Assembly: GCA_030390025.1 (NCBI GenBank)
Contig: CM059431.1
Span: 116,996,001-117,060,000 of the forward strand
Source: Squalus acanthias
Taxonomy: Eukaryota
DNA length: 64,000 nt
Direction: 5' to 3'
This document shows, in pieces, positions 21,240 through 35,459 of this stretch (the first letter of the stretch is position 1; each line of letters starts with the position of its first letter). Position numbers and translations under genes: made by a program. Under the pieces are notes generated by a model that searched no databases, was not told the origin of the DNA, and saw only the letters and a list, made by a program, of their open reading frames with translations.

Positions 21240-22720
21240 AGAAAATGTATATATCCCCTTTCACACCCTCAGGATGTCCCAAAGCACTTTACAGCCAACT
21301 AAGTACTTTTCAAGTGTAGTCACGGTTGTAATGTGGGAAACGTGGCAGCCAATTTACGCACAGCAAGCTCCCACAAATATCAATGTGATAATGACCAGAT
21401 AATGGGGGGTATTTTGGCCTAAGTGTGAAAACAGGCTCTAAATGGTGCTGTGCTAATAACACCAGCCTGTTTAAAAGTTTGGATTTAGCACCCAATTTTG
21501 GTCCTAATTGCTGATTGCAATGATTTGAATTTGCCTGGAGGTGCTAAACCAGAAACCTGCAGGTTTCACACTCCAGTGCTGATTAGACACAATTTTCGTG
21601 GAGCAGTATATGTGGGCTCCTCGCACCAACTTCCACTGAATGTGTGGAGTGCTCTGGCTGGCACACAGCGGCACATTGCAGATTGGCTCAGGGACCGAGG
21701 GAGAGGGCACACAGGTTCTCGGATGCGAAATTGGAGGTCCTGGTGGAGGAAGTCCACAGGAGGAGGGATGTCCTGTACCCGCAGGGGGAAGGACGCCATC
21801 TCCCCCTCCTCGCCCTCCTGTCCCTCACTCTTGCAGCAGCTGGTACTGCTCTGCCTGGCCTCATGTCCTGCTCCCATTCATTGTCCAGACTAAGGGGACC
21901 CCTGGCAAGATGCCCATGACCAAGCACTCCCTTTCTCCTCGTGACTCCTATAAGGTGTCCAATAAGGTGGCGTAGCGCAGCACATTTTAGGTGAAGTCCT
22001 CAGAGAATTTCCAGAATAAATCATGCTCGAGTGTTGCTGAAGTCTTGACAAAGTCTCCAAGAAAGTTTCCCGATGTGTTTCAGAGGTCCTTTTCACAGCT
22101 CCAGCAGCAATGATCATAAAATGGGGAGTTATCGCTTTAAGTAGCGCTTGAAATCGACATCAACGCCGTGTTTACTCCCAAACAAATTGGTCGCTGTTAG
22201 GAGAGGGCGGTAGTTGAAGCGCGAGCCACCAAAATGCCATGCAGCCTCTTTAATGAGCGCTAGCAGGCATTTTATGTGGCAATCAGTTGTTTAACAATAC
22301 ACCGGGCGGTCATCCCTAGTGCCGGCTTCAACTCCTTTACCAAGAGCGCATCTTGCGCTAAACACGGGCTAAAACGGTGTTTCAGCTTAAGACACCATCT
22401 TGGCCACCTCTTTTCCTCTTTAGCGCCTAAAGTATTTGGCAAAAATCGCCGCCAATCTTTTTTTTAGTGATGTTAGTTGAGGAATGAATATTGACCAGGA
22501 CACCTACACTTCTTGGAAATAGTGCCGTGGGATCTTTTACTTCCAGCTGCGAGGGCAGATGGGGCCTCAGTTTAATGTCTCATCCAAAAGATGGCACCTC
22601 TGACCATGCAGCACTCCCTTAGTACTGCAGTGGAGTGTCAGCCTAGATTTTGTGCTCAAGGCTCTGGAGTGAGGCTTGAACCCACAGAGGTGAGAGGACT
22701 ACCATTAAGCCACGGCTGAT
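21240..22720 (-). mobile_element. tRNA-derived DeuSINE (SacSINE1-like), split by a Harbinger insertion
   Basis: Deu-domain-like ggcagccaatttacgcacagcaagctcccaca; the SINE resumes after 22456; matches 36206-36625. Confidence 0.75.
21404..22453. mobile_element. Non-autonomous Harbinger derivative with Myb fragment
   Basis: 3-bp TSD AAT; imperfect TIRs ggggggtatttt/aaaaatcgccgcc; RAHRFSDAKLEVLVEEVHRRRDVLYP. Confidence 0.75.
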
Positions 22721-22724
22721 ACCA

Positions 22725-24586
22725 CGGTGGAATTTTCCAGGGGGTCAGCTGGCGCAATCGGTGGCGGGTCGGGTGGGGAGGTGTTTTCTTTACAGCGGGT
22801 CAGGAACCCGATGTCAACCCGCTGCCACGTGCCATTCCCAATGTCGGTTCTGTCAGTGCTGAGCAGACCTGACAGGCAGTGGCAGGAACCCAATTAAGTT
22901 CATTATTGCTTTGTTGACAGATAATTAACAGGCTTTTTTAACTTACCTTTTCACTTTAACTTCACGGTCACGGGAACCGCACTGTTCAGGGACCACGGCT
23001 GTCAGCCTGAGGCGAGAGTTCAGTGGCCATTGCTCCAGCTGATTCCTTGACAGCTTCAAATGTACAGTAGAAACTCCCACCTGACAGAAGTTCACTTTCC
23101 TCAACCACAAGCTGTTTCTCAGTCCATTTCCAGCACAGATTCTGCAGGCTTTCCATTTTCCACTCTCCATCCAGTATTACAACAGTGACTACACTCCAAA
23201 AGTACTTCATTGCGTTCGGTGGTCGTGAAAAGCGCTATATAAATGCAAGTATTTCTTTCTTTCTTTCTTTACCTCTTTGCAAGAACTCTCTCACCATTGA
23301 CAGAATGCTTCTATTATCTGTACTTCACCTGCCATCTATTCCATCAACATGGATGCCCTTAATACTATCTCACCTTGGTCCTCAGAATCTGACCACGATC
23401 AGCCCCAACGCCAGCAGTACCAGGCACACCAGCAGCACCAACAACAACACCAACCTTCTCTGCAGTCAACTGATGCTGCACAGCAGAGAGGGCATCAGCA
23501 TCCGAGCACATTGCTGCCTGGGAGGTCAGGGATGGCCTCACCATGGCCAGATTTACTTCACTTGACCCTGTACACCCTGGCTGCCACATGATGCACCAGG
23601 TTGGCACCACCCCACACCAACACCCTAAAGCATCACTACAATGCCCAAGCTATTCCTTTCACACTCACCACCATTGCGGGGGGTACCGTTAAGTCTCACC
23701 ATTCACATCAACTCACTAAGCCACTTCCGAAGGTGCACACAAATCTGTCCAAGATCAGAAATTGTTGAAAATAAAGGTTTCAATGTTTGACAGCACATTA
23801 ACAGTAACTTTACATGAACATTGGCTAAAACACCCAAGTGGCCTTCTTGTGTGTTGTTAGTTGTTATGATTCCACTAGGATGAGGGTGAGTGTGAGGGGT
23901 GGCTAGTGAGATGGGGATGTGATAATGTAGATAGAGAGAGAGGGATGGGTTAATGTGCAAGGTAAGTTGGTGTGAGTAAGGGTGTGCAGGAGTAGGGTAG
24001 AGAAGGCAGAGTAATGGAGATGTGATGAGAGGCACAGCAGGATGAGGTTGAGTGTGGCTTTGTACTAACGTTTCGTGATCTAATGAGATAATTGAAAGGT
24101 TTGCACCACTGCACCCAGGTCCTCCTGACGACATCCCTGCTTGTGCCGTCCTGTGCAATGTGTAACCAGGCTGCGTTGGTCTCCTGGGGAGATCTCTTCC
24201 GCCCATGGGAAGGGAAGAGGACCTCCCTGCGTGCTCTGACTTCCTCCATAAACATAAGGAGTCATGGGAGAGCCTGGGTGCAGCCCTGCACCTCTGTGCA
24301 GTGATTGTCAGTGTTTGCAGCACTTCGATGCTGTAGAACACTGACAGCACAAATGTCAAAATAAAGTTGGCCATGGTCCCTTTAAAGAAACCGGCTGATG
24401 ATGCGTCATGAAATGACATCACCAGACCCGCTTCCTCTAATTGGGCGGGAAACACGCTGGGCGGGCTTAACAAGTCGCATCAATGAAAAGTCATTTCACA
24501 GAGCAGGCTGGAGCCAACAGCGGGGTCAGGATCCGCCACCGACGTCGCCCGCCCTGGACCCTCCGAGGTGAGTAAAATCGCGACCC
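22725..24586. mobile_element. Non-autonomous Harbinger derivative (family C, copy 1)
   Basis: Myb exon 1 on - (EEVRARREVLFP..AWLHIAQ..QWCKPFN) and nuclease 5' end on +; homologous to 27597-30167, 43559-48720 and 53097-54821. Confidence 0.75.
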
Positions 24587-25216
24587 ATGATTTTATTTTT
24601 TATTTATTAATTTTTTTGATGTCAACTGCAGTATGAATTTATTAATACAGTGGTTCTCCCTTGGCCATTAACTTATTAATTCATCATTAATTCACTAGTT
24701 TCTGCTGCTCCAACTAATATATCATTTGATGGTGGCTACTGTTCTATTACTTTATTGATTCAGTGGTGCCTGCTTAGCGGTTCTGAAATGTGCACCGGTA
24801 ACCTTTTGTTGTTGTGAGTAAGTGGTCATGTATGCAGTTTTTACTGCTGGTTGGTGCTCCAACAATTCATTCATTCACTGATACCCACTGCTCCAATCAT
24901 TTATTGATATTTTGGTGCGCTCGTTGGTCTTTGAATTTATTCCTTCACTTCTGCCGGCTTTTGCATTAATTCACTAGTGCCTGCTGCTTTATTAATTTAT
25001 TAATTCACTGATGCCTGTTGATCCAATCATTTACTGATTGACTAGTGTCCCACTGCAGTATCATTTATTAAATTGCTGATGTTCCCTGCTCTGTGAATTA
25101 ATGGATTCAATGGTGATTATGCTCTCTCAATTTATTAATTCATTTGTTCTTGCTTAGCTGTGCTGGAATGTTCATCAATAGTTTATTGTTTGTGAGTATG
25201 AATATGATTCATGTTG

Positions 25217-25337
25217 ACCTGATGAAGGAGCAGCGCTCCGAAAGCTCGTGATTTCAAATAAAACTGTTGGACTATAACCTGGTGTTGTGCGACTTCTCAT
25301 TTTTGTCCACCCCAGTCCAACACTGGCATGGAGCATC
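25217..25337 (+). mobile_element. Short Penelope-derived insert with hammerhead core
   Basis: CTGATGA-aGGAGC agc GCTCC-GAAAGCTC-GTGA; 13-bp duplication atgattcatgttg (25204-25216/25338-25350). Confidence 0.78.
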
Positions 25338-27596
25338 ATGATTCATGTTGGTTTGGGTTGGTTGGTATTTTTTTGCAATGACTGTATAGTATCAAACAAA
25401 ATCAATAAGACATTTTTTTGCAATTCAAGTATTCGAGCTTGTTCAGATTTTTTTAAATCTCCATGTTATTACTTAGGCAGGAACTGTTGTGCCATCTTTT
25501 AGATTGTACTACCATTAAATTCTTTGGGAAAATCAAGACAAAACTCTTCAACACTGCACAGATCTTGACTCACCATTGCAACTCTGTGAGAGATCAACTA
25601 GTGTATAAGTAAAAAGTAACTGCAGGGTTAAAATCGCCCCTTAATTATTCACAAATTTTGCCTGATATCTCAGTTTTGAGCAGTTTCAGGTACGGAAACT
25701 TTTTTTTCCATCCTGATTTCATTCAGCACAATGGGTATTCACTTAAATATCCTCACGATGGAGGCAGAACAGAAGCAGGGTGAAGAGGAAATGAGAGAGG
25801 ATCACAGAAAAAGGCTGCCCAAATGGAGACGGGCAACTAGAATCTATAGACCACACTGCTCTTTCAAGGATATATCAGGAAAGATCTGTTTAAGGAGGCA
25901 GCAGTTCAGTATGGTGGCATCGCAAGGACCCTGTGCCCTGTTGCAAACAGACCTCCAAATATTCTCCCAAACACAAAATAAACACGCTTCTGAACATTAG
26001 ACATCATATCGCAAAGTTTTTTTGCTATGCACATTAATATTTAGCACAAATGTTGCATTGTTTACTGTGCACATTAATATTTACAATTATTTTTTCATTT
26101 TTTTAATGTGTTTCCTCTTTCTGTGTAGTTCTTAACCTATCCTGATGCTCCGTGTAGATGCAAGCTTAAGACCAGTGACATCAAAGATGGTTGGCTGCAC
26201 TGTGCTATCATGAATATTTTGGGGCTGAGGTCGCCCTCGTATCAGGGCTTCTGTGTCCCAGGAAACCTCTTCTGCAGGCTATGTCAGCACTCCAGGTGCA
26301 TGGGCAGCCTGGTCCTGTATCATGCCACTTACATAAGCAGACATCTGAAGTGACTGACTGAAAAACTCATATGAGATGTCATCAAAAGTGAGGATAGCAT
26401 CATGGGGGTGTATTCTTGCCATGCCACTTGTGCTAACCCTGCCTTTTGATCAGCATGAGGGTAGACCTGATGGTGGCATGAAGTTCATGAAGACTCTGAA
26501 AAATGGTGCCATGAAGCTTTATGAAACCGGCTGCCTTCATTTTCCAAGGCTTAAAGGCCAGTGGTCAGTACCTCCGCATGGGAGTCACCAACTGGTCTGG
26601 AGGCCTCTTAGTTAGGGGGATGGATGAAGAAGTGCGATGCTCATCCAGCATTTATTTTTATTTTTGGAACAAACCCTTGGGAACTGAGCCCTGAGACTCT
26701 GGAGCTGGGGTTAACCTCTGTGGCACCTCCAGTACAAATTACCAGACTCGACTGGAACCTGTGACTCTCCCGACACACTTATGCTCTGTGACTCAACCAG
26801 TGTACAACTCTCATCACAACCAACTAGAACCCCCACTCTCCTCGGATATGTTTCTCTGAACTAGTGAGAGAGAAAGGGTGGATGGTAGTGTGGGTGATGA
26901 GTGGGTTGTTAGAGCAGAGGTGAAAGCTTGCTTCTCACGTTCAATTGCTTCTTTCTCCTCCACAGCATCCTATTGTGACTCATCTAAGGGGGGAAAGATA
27001 TGAGATGAATTGGCTTTTTAGACAAGCCTCATCAGCTGCATTTAAACACTGCCACTTAGGTTTCTTGCAAGGATGCTCTTGTCCACAAGCCAAGGTAACA
27101 GCAGACTCCTGATGAGCTGACAAACTTGCAACTGCCATTGATCCTCCCACTTCACCATCTCCAATAATGTCTGCTGAGCAACTACCCAAGATCTATAATA
27201 TTTCTTTCTCCTGTGACGTCAAGGGTTGAATGTCAGGGGGTCCTCCACCTATAGCCAGCAATTCGCAATTGTTGTGGGTGACATTCTCCTCTGATGGAGG
27301 ATAAAAGAGAAAAGGATGTTGGTTGGTTGTTAAAAGGGAAGTGTTTCTTCTTCTGAAAGGCCCTCCCCTATCATCTTCAGACAGAGGCTAAGACCTGCAC
27401 AGCTGAAAACTGGCATTTGGAAAGGCATACTGATGCGTGTCACTCCAAGAAGGATGGTTAATCTTAAAGTTGAAATTTCTGCTGGTTACTGATAATGATG
27501 GATGTGTGAAGTTTGATCCATATGTCACAGTGACGATCAATACTGTGGCTGTCACTGAAATTTAAATACAGTTCTCTTGTTACACACGCACATGCT

Positions 27597-30167
27597 GGGC
27601 TGGATTTTTCCAAACTCGGCGGCTCCGGGGTGGCCGACGTCCGTGGCGTGTGGGGACCCTGCATCTGTCTCGATCCCAGCCTCCAACAAGATTTTCCGTT
27701 GATGGGGCTTGTTAAGCCCGCCCTGTGAGGTTCCCGGTCAATTAATAGGAATCAGGGGGAAAAATTGTGTCGCGCCTCATTTGGGGCGCTAACTTCGATG
27801 GGGCATTACTTTTAGCGCCCCGGAAAAATTAGCACCCCCGTGGCCGAAATTCATCAGTAGCGCCCCAAGAGGGAAGCAGGGTGCTACTGGAAGCCTCCCT
27901 CTTGGGGCGCTGCGAGTGAATATCACGGCACGTCGCGCCGCAGTACTGCAGGCCTTCCTCCCCTTCTTAAAGGGGCGGGGCCGAGCGCAGCGCAACCCGG
28001 GGCCCAGCTGGGCCACCAGGGATCGGAGAGCCGGCAAAAGAGCCCGGCACTCAAGAGAAGTACCGGGCTCACAGAGCGCAGCTGGCACTCTGCGGGGGGT
28101 GCTGAAGAGGAGGCCGGGGACGGCAGAGGGGGAAGGTGCTGGCAGGCGGCCAGTAACAAAAATGGCCGCCCGGCACCTTCCCTTTAATTAGCGCCGCCCC
28201 GGCCGCAGGTTGGCCCCCCGACCCAGTCGGACATAGCGTCCGGCGGTAAGTCAGGGGGCGCGACCGAAAATCGCAGCCGGGGCGTGAGCGGGGTGCTGCG
28301 CACGACGATGACATCATCGCTTGTAGCGCAGCGCCGCGGGGCGCTAACGGTTACCGCCGCCGCTAACCTCCCACTGAATTTTGCGGGAGGCGTTGGTGGC
28401 GCCGCGCCCAGGCGCTAGTTGCTTTGCACCCCGTTAGCGCCCTCCGGAGGCGCAAAGCAACCGAATTTTTGGGCCCAGGTCTGATGACGTCATTTTATGA
28501 CTCGTCATCAGCCCGTTTCCTTAAAGGGACCATGTCCACAATTATTTTGGCAGTTGTGCTGTCAGTGTTCTACAGCATTGAGGTGCTGCAAACAATGACA
28601 AGCACTGCACAAAGGTGCAGGTCTGCATCCAGGCTCCCCCATGGCTCCCTCCATATACTTATGCAGGGAATCACAGCACACAGGGAGGTTCTCTTCCCTT
28701 CCAATGGGCGGAACAGACCTCCCCAGGACACCAACGCAGCCTGGTTGCACATTGCACAGGAGGACACAAGCAGGGATGTGTTCAGGAGGACCAGGCTGCA
28801 GTGGTGCAAACCTTTCAATGAAACGTTACTGCAAAGCCAAACTCAACCTCATCCTGCTGTGCCACTCATCACATCCCCATCACTCTGCCTTCCCTACCCT
28901 AATCCTGCACATCCTTACTCACACCAACTTACCTTGCACCTCTACCTATCCCTCGCTATCTACATTATCACTTCCCCATCTCCCTAGCCGCCCCTCACAC
29001 TCACCCTCATCCTAGTCCAATCATACCAACTAACAACACACAATGGTAGGCACTTGCGTCTTTTAGCCAATGTTCAAGTAAAGTTTCAGTTAATCTGTTG
29101 TCAAATATTCAAATCTTTATTTTCAACACTTTGCCTTCTTGGACAGATCTTTGTGCACCTTTGGAAGTGGCTTAGTGAGTTGCAGTGAATGGTTAGACAT
29201 AACGGTACCGCCACCCCCCACCCCCCCCGCACCCCCCCGCCCCACCCCCTGCCAATGGTGATGAGTGTGAAAGGAATGTCTTGGGCAATGTCGGGATGCT
29301 TTATGGTGTTGGTGTGGGGTGGTGCCAAACTGGTGTATCATGTGGCAGCCAGGGTGTACAGCATCAACGTAAGTATATCTGGCCTCGGTGAGGCCATCCC
29401 TGGCCTCCCGGGAAGCAATGTGGTCGGGTGCTGATGCCCTGTGTCCTGTGCAGCATCAGGTGATTGCGGAGAAAGTTGGTGCTGTTGTTGGTGCTGCTGG
29501 TGTGCCTGGTGATGCTGGTGTGCCTGGTGATGCTGGTGTGCCTGGTGATGTTCATATTTGGGGCTGATTGTCGTGGGATTCTGAGGACCAATGTGAGATT
29601 GTTTCAAGGGCTCTGATGCTGATGGAATAGATGGCAGCTGAAGTTGAGATAGCAGAAGCGAGCTGTCAATGCTGAGAGAGGTTGCTCCAAGAAAGTGACA
29701 CTGGACAGAGAGTTTACTCCAAACACTTCAAACCTTCATAAAGCTGAAAAATGTATCCCAAATCCTGAATGCTCCAGCCTCTAAGTTTGGAAATTGAACA
29801 GCTGTGAAGTGGTAGATTTTATACCACTTTTGCAGCTGTCAACCATTCACAGCAATGCAGAGTCATTGAGAACCCGACACACTTACCTGACGTAATCCCT
29901 GAGCACAGGGAACTTCATAAAAAACCTGGAAAAATCATTAGGACCTGGTAAAATGCTGCTTAAATACCTTTAAGCAGCTTCTTAAGTATCTCAATTGCCT
30001 GACCCGTCGCTTAGTGCCGGGTCTGCAAACCGCAGGCAGAGCCGGCACTTGGGAAATTAACAAGGAGGCGGGTTCAGTGCAGACTTCTGCCCCGCTGTCA
30101 ATCACTGCCATTTTGACAGCGGACCCGCCTCCGGACCCGCTCTCTGAGCGCCGGCAAAACTTAGCCC
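27597..30167. mobile_element. Non-autonomous Harbinger derivative (family C, copy 2) with nested MITE
   Basis: Termini gggctggatttt / aaaacttagccc; Myb exon 1 on + at ~28590-28820. Confidence 0.78.
27755..28476. mobile_element. GC-rich MITE copy 3 (opposite orientation, diverged)
   Basis: Reverse-complement similarity to 5204-5976; interrupts the host motif aggaa..ggtctgatga. Confidence 0.8.
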
Positions 30168-30657
30168 TCTGTGTGGGGAAGCGTCTTTTCTGTTAGAGGG
30201 AGGTCAATAAATTTTATTGGCACTGGAGAAGTGCCTTTCACTTGCCCCAGATGATAACTCTAGCATTGCAGGCTCAATTTAAACAACCTGCACAGCAACG
30301 AATAATCTCACTAGTTGATCCCATGATTTCTGGCGGGGTCAGAACCACAGCAATATAATGGGTAAAAGACCTGCCCCATTGTATTTCTAGTGCTGCAATG
30401 ACACCACAACATTTCTAGGTTAATATTTGCAATTCCAGGTTTTTGAGAAAGGCTGATGCCTGCAAGTAAAAAAGCTTGAAAGTATTCACAGATACAATAT
30501 TTTGTATGTAATTTTAATCATATTATTGTGTTAATATATATATTTTATAAAATACATACTTTTAAAATGTTTTTATTGCATTAGAAACTTTTAAGATACC
30601 CGATAAAATCTATTAGAGTTATACCATTCTGCTTATATATAGAGCCATAGATTTATA

Positions 30658-31346
30658 GGGGGCCAAATTCGGTTGATTTGCGCCTCCCGTTAGTGCCCTA
30701 AGAGGGCGCTAACGGGGCGCAAATCAACGAGCGCCTGGGCGTTGTTAACGCCTCCCGCGAAATTCAGTGGGAGGTTAGCAGCGGCGCTAACCATTAGCGC
30801 CACGTGGCGCTGCGCCGCCGGCGATGACGTCATCGCTGTGCGCAGCGCCCCGCTTGCGCCCCGACTTTAATATTGGATGGCGCCCCCCCCCCCCCGACTT
30901 ACCACCAGACGTTATGTCTGCTGGGGTCAGGGGGCCTACCCGCGGCCGGGGCGGTGCTAGTAAAATGGGAGGTGACGGGCGGCCATTTTTGTTGCTGGCC
31001 ACCTGCCAGCACCTGTCCCCAGCCCCCATGAAGCCCCCCCCCCGGGGGGCCGGATGCTCTCTGTGAGCCCGGCACTCCTCTTGAGTGCCGGTCTCGTTTG
31101 CTGGGCGCCGGGACATGCTGCGCCAGGCCCCTCCCCTTTAATAAGGGGAGGAAGGCCTGCAGTATCACGCGCTGCGGCACGTCGCGCCGCGATATTGGCT
31201 CGCAGTGCCCCAAGAGGGACGCGGGGCGCTTCCAGTAGCACCCCTCCTCCCTCTTGGGGCGCTACCTGGGAAAATCAGCCGCGTTGGCGCTAACTTTTTC
31301 GGGGCGCGAAAATTAGCCAAAGGGGGCGCTACTCAATTTTTACCCC
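30658..31346. mobile_element. GC-rich MITE copy 4, in a CR1 3' tail
   Basis: Termini gggggccaaatt / aatttttacccc; TSD ATA. Confidence 0.82.
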
Positions 31347-32890
31347 ATAGAGTCATAACGGCACAGAAGGAGGCCATTCGGCCCATCGAGTCTGTGCCGG
31401 CTATCTGTAGAGCAATACAGTCAGTCCCATTCCCCCGGTCTATCCCCATAGCCCTGCAAGTTTATTTCCCTCAAGTGCCTATCCAGTCTCCCCTTGAAAA
31501 CACTGAGTGACTCCGCTTCCACCATTTCCGTCGGCAGCGAGTTCCAGGTCCTCACTACTCATTGCTTAAAAAGTTTTTCCTCACATCCCCCCAAAACTTT
31601 TAATCTGTGTCCCCTAGTCCTTGTACCATCAACTAGTGGGAACAGCCTTTCCCCGTCTAGCCTATCCAAACCCGTCATAATCTTGTACACCTCTATCAAA
31701 TCACCCCTCAGCCTCCTTTGCTCTAATGAAAACAAATCCAGCTTCGCCAACCTGTCCTTGTAGCTAAGATCCCCCATCCCCGGAACCATTCTGGTAAATC
31801 TCCTCTGCACCCTCTCAGAGCCTTCACATCCTTCCTAAAGTGTGGTGACCAGAACTGGGCACAATGCTCCAGTTGTGGCCTAACCAGCGCTTTATAAAGG
31901 TTCAGCATAACTTCTCTACTTTTGTACTCAATACCTCTATTTATGAAACCCAAGATCCCATATGCTTTGCTAACCACTCTCTCAATATGTCCTGCCACCT
32001 TCAGGGACTTATGCACATTAACTCCCAGGTCCCTCTGTCCCTGCACACTTTTTAAAACTGTGCCTCTCCCTGTTCCTTCTGCCAAAATGCATCAACTCAC
32101 ACTTCTCTGTATTAAATTCCATCTGTCACTTGTCTGCCCATTCTGCTAGCCTTTCTCTGTCCTGTTGCAGTCGAATGGTATCATCCTCACTGTTTGCCAC
32201 ACCATTTACCACAACTCACTGTTTTCTGTCCTTAAGCCAATTCCTTATCCAAGCTGCCACTGACCCACCTATTCCATGAGCCTCAATTTTGTTAACCAGC
32301 CTTCTATGTGGTACTTTGTCAAACGCCTTCCTAAAATCCATGTAGACAACTTCCATTGCATTCCCTTCATCGATCCTCCCTGTTACTTCATCAAAAAATT
32401 CAATTAGATCTGCCTTTTACAAATCCGTGTTGGCTCTCCTTAATTAGCTTAAACCTCTCCAAGTGCCCGTTAATTTTTTCTTGATTATTGTTTCTAAAAC
32501 TTTCCCCACCACTGATGTTAAACTGACTGACCTGTAGTTACTGGGATTGTCCTTACACCCTTTCTTGAACAATGGTGTCACATTTGCCAATTTCCAATCC
32601 TTAGGTACCTGCCCCACATCTAGGGAAGATTGGAAAATTATGGCAAGCCCTTCCGTAATCTCCTTCCCCAATTCCCTTAGCAATCTGGGATGCAAGCCAT
32701 CTGGACCAGGCGTCTTATCCACTCTACGCATACCCAGCCTTTCTAGTACATCCTCTCTATCAATTTTCACCCCTTCCACTGCTTCTACCTTTCCACTGCT
32801 ACCGATATTTTGTCAGCATCCACCTCCTTAGTAAACACCAATACAAATTACTCATTGAGTATTCTAGCCTTGCCCTGTGCCTCTAAGTAT
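31347..32890 (-). mobile_element. 5'-truncated, degraded CR1 LINE
   Basis: KTPGPDGLHPRLL, NYRSVSLTSVVGK, RPQLEHCAQFWSP, RRLRGDLIEVYK. Confidence 0.88.
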
Positions 32891-32934
32891 ATAAAATCTC
32901 AACACCCAAGTTGCTTTTTCATTAAAATGTCCTG

Positions 32935-33330
32935 ATCCAAAGTGAGCAGCTTTGTTCAGTTGTTAACATACAATGAATTACTTTATGAAGTGTAGCGATT
33001 GTTGTTATGCAGCTATTTTGCAAACAGCAAGATCCCATAAAGAGCAATACGAAAAATGACCAGTTAACAGGTTTCTTTTGCTGATGTTGATTGAGGGAGG
33101 ATGTTAACCATTGCACTGGAAGAACTCTCTGCTCTTCTTCGAATTGTGCCATGTTCTCTTTAACATCCACCCATAAGCGGGCAGACAGGACATCAATTCA
33201 ATGCCGTATCTGAAGGATGGCATCTCCAATAATAAGGCAATACTGCACTGTAGTTTCAGTCTGGATGATGTCTTCAAGTCCTGAAGTGGGGCTTGAACCC
33301 ATAATTTCCTGCCTCAAATAAAAATGTTAA
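32935..33330 (-). mobile_element. Degraded DeuSINE copy
   Basis: Patchy similarity to 36206-36625 (acagcaagatccca, gtggggcttgaaccc). Confidence 0.55.
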
Positions 33331-33355
33331 GTTGTTTTGAGCTTAGCTGCCAATC

Positions 33356-33730
33356 TAGGGTTGCCAACCCTCCAGGATTGTCCTGGAGCCTACAAGAATT
33401 AACAATTAATCTCCACGACCCACCTGCGAGCAACCCAGGAGAACAATCATAGGGGCATTAAACAAGTTTTTTTTGCATTTTCTTTGAACACTTTCATTTA
33501 CTGGTTATCAAAATATTGGAGATTAGAAAAAAGATGGTTTATACAGTCAAGAATCATCCAATCAGGTAATGAGGAGTCTGTTTGCTGTCCAATTGGTGGG
33601 GGAAAGGCGGTAAACCGCGAGGAGGGACGTTTTAGACTATCAACGGCGGGCGTGTGAGGGCGGGGCGGATGGAGGCATGAGGTCAGGTGATGAAACCTCC
33701 AGGAGTACGCCCAACCAGAGTTGGCAACTG
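33356..33730. mobile_element. Old hAT-like MITE
   Basis: Inverted ends tagggttgccaac / gttggcaac and subterminal inverted ctccagga/tcctggag motifs. Confidence 0.45.
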
Positions 33731-35459
33731 GCTGCCACTGGAAATGCCTTCCCTTTGATCAAGGTTGCCCGCAAGTCTGATCCAGCAGGTGGCATAGCTC
33801 CTTAACTGCTTCCTTGCTGAACCTGAGCCTGTAGAGGCAGGTCTTTCTCCAAAGTTGTCAGGTAGCTATGGCTAGGCCTTTGGAAATGAGTGGATATGGT
33901 CAGGGAACTCTAGCAACTTCATTACCACCCCAAATTCAGCACTCCGCTTGAACACTTTACAGCAGCGAATCTGTTTTCACCAGCCCTGAACTTTTATTCT
34001 GTTATAAGATGCTATATGAAGCCAACATTTTCTTTCCAAAGTTTTGCTTTTCTAATCGATGAATAGGAACTTTAGACAAGATTGAAATTTGCATTTAGCA
34101 AGAAAACAGTTAAAAATAAATCCTACCCTATTTTAGCTACTAAGTTAAGAAAAAAAGAAAAGCCCAGTCATTGTTTTTGGAAATTGTCCCATTTTTCAAC
34201 CTCATCAAGCACTGCCTCCAGCAGAAGTATAATTCTCAGATGGCGACTGTTTTAAGTGTTCTTTGAATCTTGAAATGCTGAAAACAAGTCAATCAATAAT
34301 GCTGCAGACTACAGAATAGCAGAATGAGTGGAAAACAAAAAAAATTGTCAGGAAGCGTACTCTTTGTCATTAAGCAGACGTATTGGTAATAAATGTGACC
34401 AACGCAAGGACTGAGAACCTGGTGCAATTTTCACCGTAGAACTGTGTTCGCAATTGAGTAGAATTTGTTATTTTGACAGCATCACTATGTCAGCAATTGA
34501 GGACAGATCAATATTTTCACAGCAGTGCCGTGTGGTGAATAAGTATAGGTCCCTACTTTCGCTGACATCTGAGGAGATTAGTGTTTTTGGAGCGGCAGTA
34601 GATTAGAAATCATTACATCCCGGTCTGCACACTAACGATTACTTCTAATCTTTTTACACAACTACCAAGTGGACTATAGAGGTCACCATTTATATTACAA
34701 GCAAAATATATGCTTATTTTATAAGTGATTGCCTGTGAGCCTCAATGGCTTCTTGTCATTCTTGCTATTTTCTGCTTTCTGGCTATGCTCAAGAACCAAA
34801 TTATATTGAATGAGGACGAATAATGAATTATGTAATTACAATTGAATGCACATATAAGTAAATCTGATAAGATAACATTTCTCACAATTCCTTACAATAT
34901 ATAACTATGTTACAAAGATACAACTTATTTATTCTTCCTCCCCTTCCCTTCATCCCCGCAAACATTACATTCACCTTCCTCTTTAGATTCTCTTCCATTA
35001 AATTGCGTGGTTTTCACAATTAAGTATTCACCTGCCATCAGCCCAAGAACCCGATCATCTGACTCAAGCACAATTACTCGGGTAAGTCTGAAGAGACCTG
35101 CCTTCGCTGTATCTTATTCGGTGGGTTGTTCCCTCCACTGGAGCCTGACCAACAGACATGGTTCAGCGCAGGGCCAGTCCAGTCTCTTTCAGTGAAAGTC
35201 TATCACCACCTTGAGCTTTTATACCAACGCCTCCATTAATCCAATCCGACAGATGCTGGACCACAGAGCCATCAAGCGCATCACTGAAGCCTTCTTTGCC
35301 ATAGTAGCATTTTTGTCACTTTTCCCATGGAACAGCTGGAGAGGGCAAAGCACTTCTGCCTGTTACTGCTTTCCTTAAAGTACATGGCAGCATCCATGTA
35401 GCCAACAAGACCCTTGACAACAATCCTGTGCCATATATGAATCATAACTGCTATATATT

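Noticed and set aside
25600..27560. Very old Harbinger remnant (RIYRPHCSFKDIS..CLRR resembles the nuclease start)
   Set aside because: Too degraded to delimit or call with confidence.
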